Shown: in pieces, positions 36,909-46,256 of the stretch
Layout of the letters: each line of letters starts with the position of its first letter
Numbering within the stretch: the first letter of the stretch is position 1
NCBI GenBank assembly: GCA_965242525.1
Contig: OZ251459.1
Coordinates: 3,648,001 to 3,712,000 of the forward strand
Direction of reading: 5' to 3'
DNA length: 64,000 bases
Source of the DNA: an uncultured Candidatus Binatia bacterium
GTDB lineage: Bacteria > Desulfobacterota > Binatia > UBA9968 > JAJDTQ01
Made by a program: the position numbers and the translations under genes
Notes under the pieces: model-generated
What the model saw: the letters and a program-made list of their open reading frames with translations, nothing else
Told to the model about the DNA's origin: nothing
Database searches by the model: none

Positions 36909-38453
36909 ATTTCTGAAATACTGACCCGTTCCGAGGCTGCGGCGTTCATTCGCGTGAGCGAGAAGACGCTGGGCGAGATGGCCCGAACCCGACGTATCCC
37001 GGCACAAAAGGTGGGCCGGGAGTGGCGTTTCCTGCGTAGTGCGCTCGAAACATGGCTGGTCGGGAAATCGGTCCGTGGAGATGACGGTCGGACGAACGCC
37101 GCGGCTTACTATCAGCCGAATGCCGCTGAGCCTGCGGAGCAGTACGAGCTGCCGATCTCGGGCTTTCGCGACACCGCTTTTTCCGAGAACCACGACCGCA
37201 CCCTGCATCGCTGGGTACCCTGGATCGCGGGCTTTTCCGGCTCCTTCGTTGCCGGGGTCCTCGAAAAAGTCGGACGGGAACGGCACAAGCTGCGGGTCCT
37301 GGACCCGTTTGCCGGCGTTGGCACCACGCTGATCGAAGCCCTCAAGCACCAGGATGACGCCATCGGGTTCGAGATCAATCCATACGCAGCACTGGCCTGC
37401 AAGGTAAAGACCCAGGCGGGTCATTATGACGCGGAAGCGCTTGCCGCGATGCTCGACCACTTCGAGGAATACGGCGAGGAAAGGCTGTCGCTGGACGCGG
37501 AGGCCATATCCCGTCCCCCCAAGGGCTTCTCGAGCAGGGTGCCGTTCTTCAGCCCGGAGGTAGAACGGCAGGTCCTGGTGTGCCAGGACTTCATCGAACA
37601 GGAAACGACGGATTGGGTCCGGGACCTGTTCCGGGTGGCGTTCGGGGCGGTCATGGTGAGCTTCTCCAACTATTCCTACGAGCCAAGCCTCGGCACCCGG
37701 GCCGGCGCAGGAAAGCCCAACGTGAACCACGCCGACGTGTTCAGCATCGTCAAGCGCAAGCTGCGGGAAATGCACGCGGACATCGCCACTTTCCAGCGCT
37801 GGATGAGCCGATACGAACGCACACCGCAGGCCACCGTACATCCCCTTTCGTATCTCGACCATGGACGACGAGTCAGACCGCACAGCATCGACGTGCTCAT
37901 CACTTCTCCGCCCTACCTCAACAACTACCATTACATCCGCAACACCCGGCCGCACCTGTTCTGGCTCGGGATGGTGCAGGCGTCGTCCGAGTTGAAATCC
38001 ATCGAGCACCAGAGTTTCGGCCAGTTCTGGCAGACCGTTCGGGCCGGGCCGGAGGTCTCGTTGCGGCCGCACCTGCCTCATCTGGCCGAACAACTCCGGG
38101 AACTCAGGATGCGCCACACCGAGAAGGGCGCCTACGGCGGCAGCGGGTGGGCAAACTACGCGGCCACCTACTTCAACGACTGCCAGCGCTTCTGTGCGCT
38201 CACGCGGACCCGCATGCGCCCGGGCGGGACGGTGGTCGTGGTCATCGGCAACAACATCCTGCAGGGCATGGAGTTCCGTACGGACAGGTTGTTCGCCGAG
38301 ATCGCAGAGCAGGAAGGTTTCGAGACCGTCGCCCTGCACGAAGTGCGCAAAAAACGCACGGGCGACAGCATCGTGAACTCGTCCGTGCGCGCCGGCACGG
38401 TGAAGCAGCGGACGCGCCTCTACGAGACGGCCGTCGAGCTTCGGGCGCCGTAA
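36909..38453 (+). CDS. HTH_17 (excisionase-like)-fused amino-DNA methyltransferase, probably m4C
   Basis: LDPFAGVGT (motif I), ITSPPY (motif IV); the full HTH only reads from ATT at 36909 (alternative GTG at 36954). Confidence 0.85.
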   Translation: MSEILTRSEAAAFIRVSEKTLGEMARTRRIPAQKVGREWRFLRSALETWLVGKSVRGDDGRTNAAAYYQPNAAEPAEQYELPISGFRDTAFSENHDRTLHRWVPWIAGFSGSFVAGVLEKVGRERHKLRVLDPFAGVGTTLIEALKHQDDAIGFEINPYAALACKVKTQAGHYDAEALAAMLDHFEEYGEERLSLDAEAISRPPKGFSSRVPFFSPEVERQVLVCQDFIEQETTDWVRDLFRVAFGAVMVSFSNYSYEPSLGTRAGAGKPNVNHADVFSIVKRKLREMHADIATFQRWMSRYERTPQATVHPLSYLDHGRRVRPHSIDVLITSPPYLNNYHYIRNTRPHLFWLGMVQASSELKSIEHQSFGQFWQTVRAGPEVSLRPHLPHLAEQLRELRMRHTEKGAYGGSGWANYAATYFNDCQRFCALTRTRMRPGGTVVVVIGNNILQGMEFRTDRLFAEIAEQEGFETVALHEVRKKRTGDSIVNSSVRAGTVKQRTRLYETAVELRAP

Positions 38454-38573
38454 GTCAGGGCGCCGGCGGCGTGTCCGCTCTCCCGGTTCGTCGATAGCGG
38501 AAGGTCCGACGCCGTTCCGAGGCCGGACGCGGCGACAGCCCCACGGCGCCGCGGTCGAACCTGCGCCCGCGGC

Positions 38574-39824
38574 TTAGCCCACCACCGTGATCTCTTCGAT
38601 GGGGAACTGGGTGGTGACCTGGGGACCTTCCTCGGTCACCACCAGCATCTCCTCCAGCCGCACGCCCCATTGGAGCGGACGGCCGTGCTGCGTCTCCAGG
38701 GCGAAGCTCATGCCGGGCTCGATCTCCACCGGGTGGTCCAGGGAGTAGATGCGCGAGACCACCGGGGTGTCGTACTGGGCGAGGCCGAGGCCGTGCCCCC
38801 ACAGGTTGGCCGCGGCCTGGTCCTCTTCCTCGTAGCCCCAGGTGTCCCTGGCCGAGGGCCACACCTCGGCGATGTCCCTGGTGGTGGCGCCCGGGCGCAC
38901 CTTGTCGATGGCCTTGTAGAGCCACTCGTAGGCGATGTCGTAATAGCGCCGCTGCTCGTCGGTGGGCTTCTTGCCGACGCAGTAGGTGCGGTACATGCAG
39001 CTCTTGTAGCCGTTCCAGGTGACCGCGGCCATGTCGATGATCACCAGGTCGCCGGGCTGGATGATCCGGTCGGAGAAGTGCCGCCAGTTGGGCCAACTGT
39101 TGGGCCCGGACGACACGATGACGTCCTCCACGTCCTCGACCCCGGGAATGTTGTAGAGGAAGTTCATGGCGAACGACGTGATCTGGTGCTCCTGCATGCC
39201 TGCCCTGAGGAAGTGCGAGATGGCGGTGTGGCAGGCGTCGCAGATGGCCGCCACGATGCGCATGGCCTCCAGCTCGTCCTCGTTCTTGATGGCGCGGGCG
39301 GAGACCATGGGCGACATGCCGTCGGTCCACTGGATACCGTGGGCGTCGAACGAGCGGATCATGTTGAGGTCGATGAAGTCCACGCCCAGGGGCGCCTTGT
39401 CCACCCCGTACTTCTTCATCTCGTCCAGGATCGCGCGGGTGAACTTGGTCACCTGCTGCTCGGCCGCGCCGCCCACCGCTCCCTTGATCCACGAGTAGGC
39501 GTAGCGCACGTTGTCCCCGGGTATCCACGGACAATGGCGGTTGATCTGGGTGCCGATGTCCCCCTGCTCGAACAGCACGGGTTCGGCCCCTTCGCACAGC
39601 AGGGCGTAGCGCAGGCCCGGCTTGAGCCGGCACCAGCCGGGGGTCACGGTGCTGGTGACGTAGCGGACGTTCTCGTCGTACATCACGAGCATGGCCCCGA
39701 GCCCGGCCCGCTTCATGGCCTCCCGGGCGCGGTCGAGACGGTACTCGCGCAGACGGTTCCAGTTGATGCGCTGTTGCCAGTCCGTCCCCACCAGACCGAA
39801 GCTCGACGTCGAACGGGTGACCAT
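38574..39824 (-). CDS. M24 (Xaa-Pro peptidase/creatinase-like) family protein
   Basis: ARAIKNEDE, IIDM, GHGLGL, FALET, GVRLEE. Confidence 0.9.
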   Translation of the reverse strand: MVTRSTSSFGLVGTDWQQRINWNRLREYRLDRAREAMKRAGLGAMLVMYDENVRYVTSTVTPGWCRLKPGLRYALLCEGAEPVLFEQGDIGTQINRHCPWIPGDNVRYAYSWIKGAVGGAAEQQVTKFTRAILDEMKKYGVDKAPLGVDFIDLNMIRSFDAHGIQWTDGMSPMVSARAIKNEDELEAMRIVAAICDACHTAISHFLRAGMQEHQITSFAMNFLYNIPGVEDVEDVIVSSGPNSWPNWRHFSDRIIQPGDLVIIDMAAVTWNGYKSCMYRTYCVGKKPTDEQRRYYDIAYEWLYKAIDKVRPGATTRDIAEVWPSARDTWGYEEEDQAAANLWGHGLGLAQYDTPVVSRIYSLDHPVEIEPGMSFALETQHGRPLQWGVRLEEMLVVTEEGPQVTTQFPIEEITVVG

Positions 39825-39846
39825 GGAAGACTCCTTTCGCCTGCGG

Positions 39847-40830
39847 TTACGGCCGCGGCGCCTGCAGCACTTCACGGTTGACGAGGGAATAGGGCAACTC
39901 TCCCTCGAGCACGCTGACCACCTGCCCCACGGCGCGCCGGCGCATCTCCGCCCTCGCCTCCTCGGAGTACCAGGCAGAATGAGGCGTCAGGACCACGTTG
40001 TCGAGGGTCGCGACGGGGTCGCCCGGCTCCGGCGGCTCCCGCTCCAGCACGTCCAGCCCGGCCCCGGCGATGTCCCCTTGCCGCAAGGCCCGGACCAGGT
40101 CCGCCTGGTTCACGATCCTGCCCCGGGCCACGTTGATGAGGAAGGCCGTGGGCTTCATCCGGGCGAACATCCCGGCGTCGATCATGCCCTCGGTCTCGGG
40201 CGTCAGCGGCGTGTGGACGGAGACGTAGTCCGACGTCCGGAGCAGCGTGTCCAGGTCCGTCAACTCGGCGCCAGCCTCCCGGGCCGCGGCTTCGTCCACA
40301 CGGGGGTCGCAAGCAACGACTCGAAGCCCGAAGCCCCGGGCCCGGGCGGCCACGGCCGCACCGATGCGGCCGATTCCCAGGAGCCCCAGCGTCCGGCCCC
40401 GGAGCCGCCGCAGCACCGGCATCTTCGCCAGGTCCCAGGTCCCGTCCCGGGCGATGCGGCCGGCCGGGAACAGGCCCCGGGCGCAAGCCAGGAGCATGGC
40501 CATCGCCTGGTCCGCCACCTCGTCGATGCAGTAGTCTGTGGTGTTGGCCACCATGATGCCGCGCCGGGTGGCTGCGTCCACCGCCACGTTGTCGTAACCG
40601 ATGCCGAACCGGACGATGACCCGGCAGCGCTCCAGGTTCTCCACGACCCTCGGGGTCATGCGCGCGTAGGTGTTGAGTATGGCGTCGGCCCGCCGGCACA
40701 ACTCGATGACGTCGTCCTCTTCCCTGCACTGGCCCACCACCAGTTCCGCGTCCATGCCGCGGAACATCCGGGCTTCGTCCTCCATGGACGGGAAGAGGTG
40801 GTCGGTGACGACGACGTTGTAGCGCGGCAT
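39847..40830 (-). CDS. D-isomer specific 2-hydroxyacid dehydrogenase (CtBP/SerA-like)
   Basis: GIGYDNV, GIGRIG, INVARG, GLDVLEREP, TPHSAWYS. Confidence 0.92.
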   Translation of the reverse strand: MPRYNVVVTDHLFPSMEDEARMFRGMDAELVVGQCREEDDVIELCRRADAILNTYARMTPRVVENLERCRVIVRFGIGYDNVAVDAATRRGIMVANTTDYCIDEVADQAMAMLLACARGLFPAGRIARDGTWDLAKMPVLRRLRGRTLGLLGIGRIGAAVAARARGFGLRVVACDPRVDEAAAREAGAELTDLDTLLRTSDYVSVHTPLTPETEGMIDAGMFARMKPTAFLINVARGRIVNQADLVRALRQGDIAGAGLDVLEREPPEPGDPVATLDNVVLTPHSAWYSEEARAEMRRRAVGQVVSVLEGELPYSLVNREVLQAPRP

Positions 40831-40917
40831 GGAGAGGGGTTTCCGCAACGGCCGGAGCAACTTACTACACGCACGCCGCGCGGTTCAACGTCGGGGCACC
40901 CCGGACAATCGGAACAA

Positions 40918-41157
40918 CCATCCCTGCCCCATCCAGGGAACCTCGACAACTATCCCCGCTCCCATCGAAGAAACCTCGAACAGCCATCCCCAGCGTGTCG
41001 CCAAGGGTATGCTCGTTGTGCAAATCCCCACTCCCATCGAGGAAACCTCGAACAGCCATCCCCGTTCGTCCTGAGCGTAGCGAAGCGAAGTCGAAGGACG
41101 CGCAGCGAAGCCGAAGGACGCGCCCATGTCCCTCCATCCCGATCATCCGGGGTTTCC
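40918..41157 (-). repeat. Family A MITE with tandemly amplified end
   Basis: 40-bp near-identical copies at 40952-40991 and 41024-41063; REP core at 41060-41102. Confidence 0.7.
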
Positions 41158-41158
41158 G

Positions 41159-41848
41159 TCAGTCCTCCACCAGCGCCACCGCCCGGGTGGGTCCGCCGTG
41201 GGAGCCCCGGAGCCGGAGAGGGAACCCGATGAACGTGAACCGCTTTCCCGCCACCTCGGTCAGCACCAGGTTCTCGTAGTGGGTGATGTGGTGGAAGCGA
41301 CACATCATGTGGCACGGGTAGGTGCGGCTCACGGGGTTGTCCGGGGTGGGCGTGTCCACGCCGAAGGTCTTGACGCCCTTCTCCACCAGCCACATGCTGC
41401 CTTCCTCGCCCAGGCCGGGAAACGTCGTGAGGTACTCCGGCTGCCCCTTGTAGCGGTCACAGGTCCCCGTGTAGAGCAACAGGATGTCGCCCTTCCGGAG
41501 TTCGTGGCCGGACTTGGCCACCGCGGCGTCCAGCTCTTCGGGCGTGATGTCGGTGCAGGGTTCCTTGTGGGAGACGTCGATGCACAGGGCGTCCCCGTAG
41601 AACAGGTCCAGCGGCATCCGGTCGATGGTGAGGGCGCCGGGACGAGGGTCCAGGTGGCTGAAGGAATCCACGTGGGTGGGGCCGTTGTCGTTCAGCAGTA
41701 TGCCCGTGGTCTGGAACGAGAAGCCGCCCTCGAACCGCTGCTTGGTTTCCTCATGGGTGGCGTGCTGGAAGATGACGGTCTTCAGGTGGCCGGGATAGAC
41801 GTTCATGCCCTGGTATATCTCCACCGACAGATCCACGAGACGAGCCAT
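41159..41848 (-). CDS. Cyclase family (kynurenine formamidase-like) protein
   Basis: LVDLS, NGPTHVDSFSH, FGVDTPTPD, GSHGGPTRAVA. Confidence 0.9.
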   Translation of the reverse strand: MARLVDLSVEIYQGMNVYPGHLKTVIFQHATHEETKQRFEGGFSFQTTGILLNDNGPTHVDSFSHLDPRPGALTIDRMPLDLFYGDALCIDVSHKEPCTDITPEELDAAVAKSGHELRKGDILLLYTGTCDRYKGQPEYLTTFPGLGEEGSMWLVEKGVKTFGVDTPTPDNPVSRTYPCHMMCRFHHITHYENLVLTEVAGKRFTFIGFPLRLRGSHGGPTRAVALVED

Positions 41849-41871
41849 GGGAGCACCTCCTTCCATGCTTT

Positions 41872-41967
41872 GGAACCTTTGATCCATCCTGATTCGAGGC
41901 GCCAAGCGCGTCCTTCGACTTCGCTACGCTACGCTCAGGACGAACGGGGGTAATTGCTCAGGGTTCC
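41872..41967 (+). mobile_element. IS5-like MITE (family A)
   Basis: GGAACCTTTGATCC...REP core...TTGCTCAGGGTTCC. Confidence 0.7.
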
Positions 41968-41992
41968 CCCGGTTGGCGCGCGGGATGCGGCG

Positions 41993-42778
41993 TCAGTACG
42001 TCACGAGTCCCGCGGACACGTTCAAATCCTCGCCCGTAATGGACCGGGCCCGGTCGGAGGCCAGGAACGCCGCGGCCGCGGCCACGTCCCCGGCCGCCAC
42101 CAGACGGTTGAGGGGCGACCCCCGGGCGAGCTCGGCCCTCACCTCTTCCACCGTGACGCCCCGTCCCTCGGCCTGCTTCCGCATCATCCACTCGATGCGT
42201 TCCCCTTCCACCGCCCCCGGGGAGACCAGGTTCACGCGGACGCCGTGGGGTCCCGTCTCCAGGGCCAGCGTGCGGGTCAGGCCCACCAGCGCCAGCTTGC
42301 TCGCCGCATAGGGAGACCTTCCCCGCAACGGCCGCTTTCCGGTCATGGAGCCGATGATCACCACCGCTCCCGAACCGCGCTCGACCATGGAAGGCAGGAA
42401 CGCCCGGCAGCACAGGAAGGTCCCGGTGACGTTGACCGCGAAGGTCGCCTCCCAGTCCGCGGGGTCGGTTTCCCAGAGGGCCGCGGAAGGACCGCCCACG
42501 CCGCTGTTGTTCACCAGCACGTCCACGCGGCCGAAGCGCTCCAGCACCCTTCGCGCCGAGTCATCGACGCTGGCGGCGTCGCTCACGTCCGTGACCGCTG
42601 CCAGCCCCTTCCGTCCGAGTCCCTCCACCAGGGTGAGGGTCTCCTGCAGCGCCGCCTTGTCACGGGACGCCAACGCCACGTCGGCCCCTTCCCGGGCCAG
42701 GGTCACCGCGATCTCGCGTCCGATGCCGCGGCCGGCGCCGGTTACCACCGCCACCTTGTCTTCCAACGTCAACGACAT
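41993..42778 (-). CDS. SDR family oxidoreductase
   Basis: TGAGRGIG, NNSG, YAASK. Confidence 0.93.
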   Translation of the reverse strand: MSLTLEDKVAVVTGAGRGIGREIAVTLAREGADVALASRDKAALQETLTLVEGLGRKGLAAVTDVSDAASVDDSARRVLERFGRVDVLVNNSGVGGPSAALWETDPADWEATFAVNVTGTFLCCRAFLPSMVERGSGAVVIIGSMTGKRPLRGRSPYAASKLALVGLTRTLALETGPHGVRVNLVSPGAVEGERIEWMMRKQAEGRGVTVEEVRAELARGSPLNRLVAAGDVAAAAAFLASDRARSITGEDLNVSAGLVTY

Positions 42779-42802
42779 CCACCGCGCTCCCTGTCCCTCC
42801 CC

Positions 42803-44098
42803 CTACGGACCCTCCCCGGGCACGTCGTCGAAGCGGCGCGGGTCGAGCCTGAGCCGGGCCGTGATGGCGTGTCCCTGCATGTGCTCCGCCTCGGAGATGG
42901 CGTCCGCCGCGGGCGCCACTCGGCGCGAACCCTCCGCGGCCACCCTCTGGTAGGTCACGGTCTTGAGGAACTTCCCCACCCACAGGCCGCCGGTGTAGCG
43001 CGCGGCGCCCGCGGTGGGCAGCACGTGGTTGGTGCCGATGGCCTTGTCCGAATAGACCACGGTGGAGTGCCGGCCCAGGAACAGCGTCCCGTAGTTGGTC
43101 AGCCGCTCCAGGAACCAGTCGGGGTCCCGGGTCTGCACCTCCAGGTGCTCGGGGGCAAAGGCGTCGGCCTCCCGCGCCATCTCTTCGTCGGTGTCGCACA
43201 CCGTGATGCTGCCGTAGTCGCGCCAGGCCGGTCCGGCCACGTCCGCGGTGGGCCAGGTCTCCAGCCATCGTTCCACTTCCCGCGCCGCGGCCCGGGCCAG
43301 TTCCCGGGACGTGGTCACCAGCGCCGCGGGGGAAGTGGGGCCGTGCTCCGCCTGCCCCAGGAGGTCCGCGGCCACCACTTCGGGGTCCGCGGAGTCGTCC
43401 GCCAGGATCATGATCTCCGTGGGCCCGGCCAGCAGGTCGATGCCGGTCCGCCCGAAGAGTTGCCGCTTGGCCTCCGCCACGTAGGCGTTGCCCGCGCCCA
43501 CCAGCATGTCCACGGGCTCCAGGTCCTCGATGCCGAAGGCGAGGGCGGCCAGGGCCTGCACGCCGCCGATGCAGAAGATCTCGTCGGCCCCGGACGACGC
43601 CATGGCGAAGAGCTGGGGGGGATGCATGCCCCGGCCCTTCCGGGGAGGGGCGCAGGCCGCCACCCGCGGCACCGCCGCGGCCTTGGGCGTCACGATGGTC
43701 ATGATCGCCGACGCGACGAGGGGATAGGCCCCTCCCGGGGAGTACGCTCCCACCGAACCCACCGGAATGGACTTCTGCCCCAGCACCACCCCGGGAAGGG
43801 TCCGTCGCTCGAAGTCCCTCAGGCTCTCCCGCTGGAGGCGCGCAAAGCGCCGCACCTGGTCCTGGGCGAAACCGATGTGCCCCCTGAGGCCGGCGTCGGT
43901 CAGCGACTCGGCCTGCCGGACCTCTTCTTCCGGCACTCGGAAGGAGGGAGGACTCCAGCCGTCGAACCGCTCGGAGTACCTGCGCACCGCGGCCTCGCCC
44001 TCGCTCTCCACCGCGCCCAGGATCTCGCTCACCGTGGCGCGGATCCGGTCCGTGACCGCTCGCGGCTTGGGTTTGGGGGTCTTGAGGCGTTCGACCAT
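42803..44098 (-). CDS. Histidinol dehydrogenase homologue, HpsN (sulfopropanediol 3-dehydrogenase)-like clade
   Basis: GQAEHG, APEHLE, YSDKAIGTNHVLPT, ARYTGGLWVGKFLK. Confidence 0.85.
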   Translation of the reverse strand: MVERLKTPKPKPRAVTDRIRATVSEILGAVESEGEAAVRRYSERFDGWSPPSFRVPEEEVRQAESLTDAGLRGHIGFAQDQVRRFARLQRESLRDFERRTLPGVVLGQKSIPVGSVGAYSPGGAYPLVASAIMTIVTPKAAAVPRVAACAPPRKGRGMHPPQLFAMASSGADEIFCIGGVQALAALAFGIEDLEPVDMLVGAGNAYVAEAKRQLFGRTGIDLLAGPTEIMILADDSADPEVVAADLLGQAEHGPTSPAALVTTSRELARAAAREVERWLETWPTADVAGPAWRDYGSITVCDTDEEMAREADAFAPEHLEVQTRDPDWFLERLTNYGTLFLGRHSTVVYSDKAIGTNHVLPTAGAARYTGGLWVGKFLKTVTYQRVAAEGSRRVAPAADAISEAEHMQGHAITARLRLDPRRFDDVPGEGP

Positions 44099-44149
44099 GG
44101 CGTGTCTTCCCCGGCGCCGCGTCCCCGAAGCGGGGCGGCACCCCGGACG

Positions 44150-45325
44150 CTACTCGAAATCGAGGGTCCTGGCTTCCATGCCGAGGGCGATCTTGCCCAC
44201 GGTCTCCAGGCACCGGTCGTTGGCCGGCGGCATGACCACCCCGGCCAGGGCGTCACGGAAGTGGCGCTCCAGGGGCAGGGAGCGAAGCAGCCCCCGGCCC
44301 CCGGTCAGGCGGACGGCCCGTTCGGCGATCTCCTTGGCCGCCTCCGTGGCCAGGTACTTGGCCTGGTTCAGTATGAAGGTGAGCTCCGTCTTGCTCGCGT
44401 TCCCCCGCAACATCCCCAACCGTTCCACCGCCCGCCGGGCGCTTTCCAGCAGGGTCGCCATCTCGCCCACCTGGCGCTGTATCCGGGGGTCGAACGCGAG
44501 CGTTTCGCTCATGCCGCGGAACTTCGACTTCTTGACGTACTCCACGCAGAACTCGTAGGCGGCTTCCGCGATGCCGAAATAGACGCCGGTGTAGCCCAGG
44601 GACCAGATGCTCATGTCCTTCCCCAGGATGGCCCCCGGCTCTCCCACCACGTCCTCCGGCAGGATCTCCACGTCGTGGAAGCGGATGGAGTTGGAGACCG
44701 TGCCCCGCATGCCCAAAGTGTCCCAGTCGTGCACGATCTCGACGCCCGGCTGGTCGGCGCGTATGAGCACGTTCAGGAGGCCGTCGGTGATGTCCTCGGA
44801 CCCGTCCAGCAGGCTCCAGGTGAAGTAGTAGGTGGCGCCGGTGGAAAGCGAGCAGAAGTGCTTGGTGCCGTTGAGCCGGTACCTGCCGTCCTCGCGCCGG
44901 ATGGAGGTGCGTATGGCCAGCTTGTCGCGGAACGAGCTTCCGGGCTCGCTGGTAATGGACGCGAAGACGGCGCCGTCGCGGACCACCTCGCCGAAATAGC
45001 GCTGCTGCTGCTCCGGCCCCGCGATCTGCAAGAGGAAATCGACGATGGCGCAGTGCATGTTGAAGGTGAGCCCGGTGGAGGCGCACCCCTTGGCGATCCG
45101 GGACAGGACCACCGCGTAGGTGAGGGAATCGGCCCCGATGCCGCCGTGCTCCCGGGGCACGGTCAGCGCCAGCAGCCCGGAGTCCCGCAGGTCCTGGTAG
45201 TTCTCGAAGGGGAACCGCGCCTCGCGGTCGATGGCGGAGGCCCGGGCGGCGAACTTCTCCCGGCCCAGGGAGTCGGCCACCTCCACCCAGTCGCGGAACT
45301 CTTCGGAGACCCGGAAAGCCATCAT
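44150..45325 (-). CDS. Acyl-CoA dehydrogenase-family flavoprotein
   Basis: ITSEPG, LNGTKHF, WDTLGMRGT, LERHFRDA. Confidence 0.92.
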   Translation of the reverse strand: MMAFRVSEEFRDWVEVADSLGREKFAARASAIDREARFPFENYQDLRDSGLLALTVPREHGGIGADSLTYAVVLSRIAKGCASTGLTFNMHCAIVDFLLQIAGPEQQQRYFGEVVRDGAVFASITSEPGSSFRDKLAIRTSIRREDGRYRLNGTKHFCSLSTGATYYFTWSLLDGSEDITDGLLNVLIRADQPGVEIVHDWDTLGMRGTVSNSIRFHDVEILPEDVVGEPGAILGKDMSIWSLGYTGVYFGIAEAAYEFCVEYVKKSKFRGMSETLAFDPRIQRQVGEMATLLESARRAVERLGMLRGNASKTELTFILNQAKYLATEAAKEIAERAVRLTGGRGLLRSLPLERHFRDALAGVVMPPANDRCLETVGKIALGMEARTLDFE

Positions 45326-45789
45326 GGACGCGGGGCGGACGGCTCCTCACGGACCGCCCGGTTGCAGCGGCAGGTTCCGATCTGGTGCAACTCGATGACG
45401 TTGTCGAAGGGGTCCCGGAGGAAGATCTGTTGCGAGTCCGCGCCCACGAGGCCGTCGATGCTCCAGTACCGGACCCCCTGCGCGTCCAGCTCCCGGCGCG
45501 CTTCCGCGACGTCCTCCACCGCCAGCGCCACGTGGGGCAGGGTCGGGTCGTCCCGCTCGCTGCGCGCCGGCGGCGACTTTCCCGCAGCGCCCATGAGATG
45601 GATCTGGGCGGACCGTCCCGGGCGGCCCACGTCGAGCCAGAGCCCCGGCACGCCGGGGATGTCCGGTCGTCCGTCGTCCACCGGGATGCCGAGCACCTCC
45701 ACGTAGAAACGCCGGGCGTCGGCCACCGCTTCCGCGGCGGGACCGATGCGGACCCCGTGGTGGTGCAGCTCGAGGACCTTGATGGGCAT
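45322..45789 (-). CDS. VOC/glyoxalase family protein
   Basis: LHHHG, FYVEVLG, HVALAVED, LRDPFDNVIEL. Confidence 0.9.
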   Translation of the reverse strand: MPIKVLELHHHGVRIGPAAEAVADARRFYVEVLGIPVDDGRPDIPGVPGLWLDVGRPGRSAQIHLMGAAGKSPPARSERDDPTLPHVALAVEDVAEARRELDAQGVRYWSIDGLVGADSQQIFLRDPFDNVIELHQIGTCRCNRAVREEPSAPRP

Positions 45790-45840
45790 GGCGGCCGCGC
45801 CCCGCTCGATTCGGGTGGACCCGGGGTCCCGTCCACGCCC

Positions 45841-46224
45841 TCACGCGGGCCGTTTCACGCTCCGGTCCGCGCCCACCTGGACCCGATAGACGAGACAGTC
45901 GCTGCCCGGCGCCGAGTGGATGTTGTGGGGCTCGCCGGCGTCGAAATAGACCACCGACCCCGGTCCGCAGCGCTGCTCGTTGCGCTGGCTGTCGATGCCC
46001 ACGGCCTCGCCTTCCACCACGTAGTAGATCTCGATGGCGCCCGGGTGGCTGTGGAGCGCCTCGCCCGGGGTCTCGCCGTCGCGGAAACAGGCGATGGTGA
46101 CGGAGCACTTGTCGTTGGAGACCACGCGGTTGCGGATGTAGCCCCCCTCCGCGCGTTCCGAGTAGGGCTGGTCGAGCTTCTGGTCCGAGAACTTGCCGAC
46201 TTCCCTGACGTTGAAGACTTCCAT
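45841..46224 (-). CDS. Cupin domain protein
   Basis: HSHPGAIEIYYVVEG...GEPH; GAGGAGG SD. Confidence 0.85.
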   Translation of the reverse strand: MEVFNVREVGKFSDQKLDQPYSERAEGGYIRNRVVSNDKCSVTIACFRDGETPGEALHSHPGAIEIYYVVEGEAVGIDSQRNEQRCGPGSVVYFDAGEPHNIHSAPGSDCLVYRVQVGADRSVKRPA

Positions 46225-46256
46225 GGAGATCCTCCTCCCTCGAACGGGATTCGCCT

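Noticed and set aside
40952-41063. Mini-CRISPR
   Set aside because: Only two good copies, the repeat is the MITE terminus plus flank, and there is no leader or cas gene.
42803-44098. Assigning gene symbol hisD
   Set aside because: There is no his operon context, and the DK..GTNH and GGLWVGKF motifs fit the HpsN-like clade. The substrate is unresolved.
41954-45706. 1250-aa plus-strand ORF (and similar long antisense ORFs such as 8378-10645, 46323-48500 and 56186-58630)
   Set aside because: Antisense shadows of well-supported genes in high-GC DNA, with no recognisable motifs.
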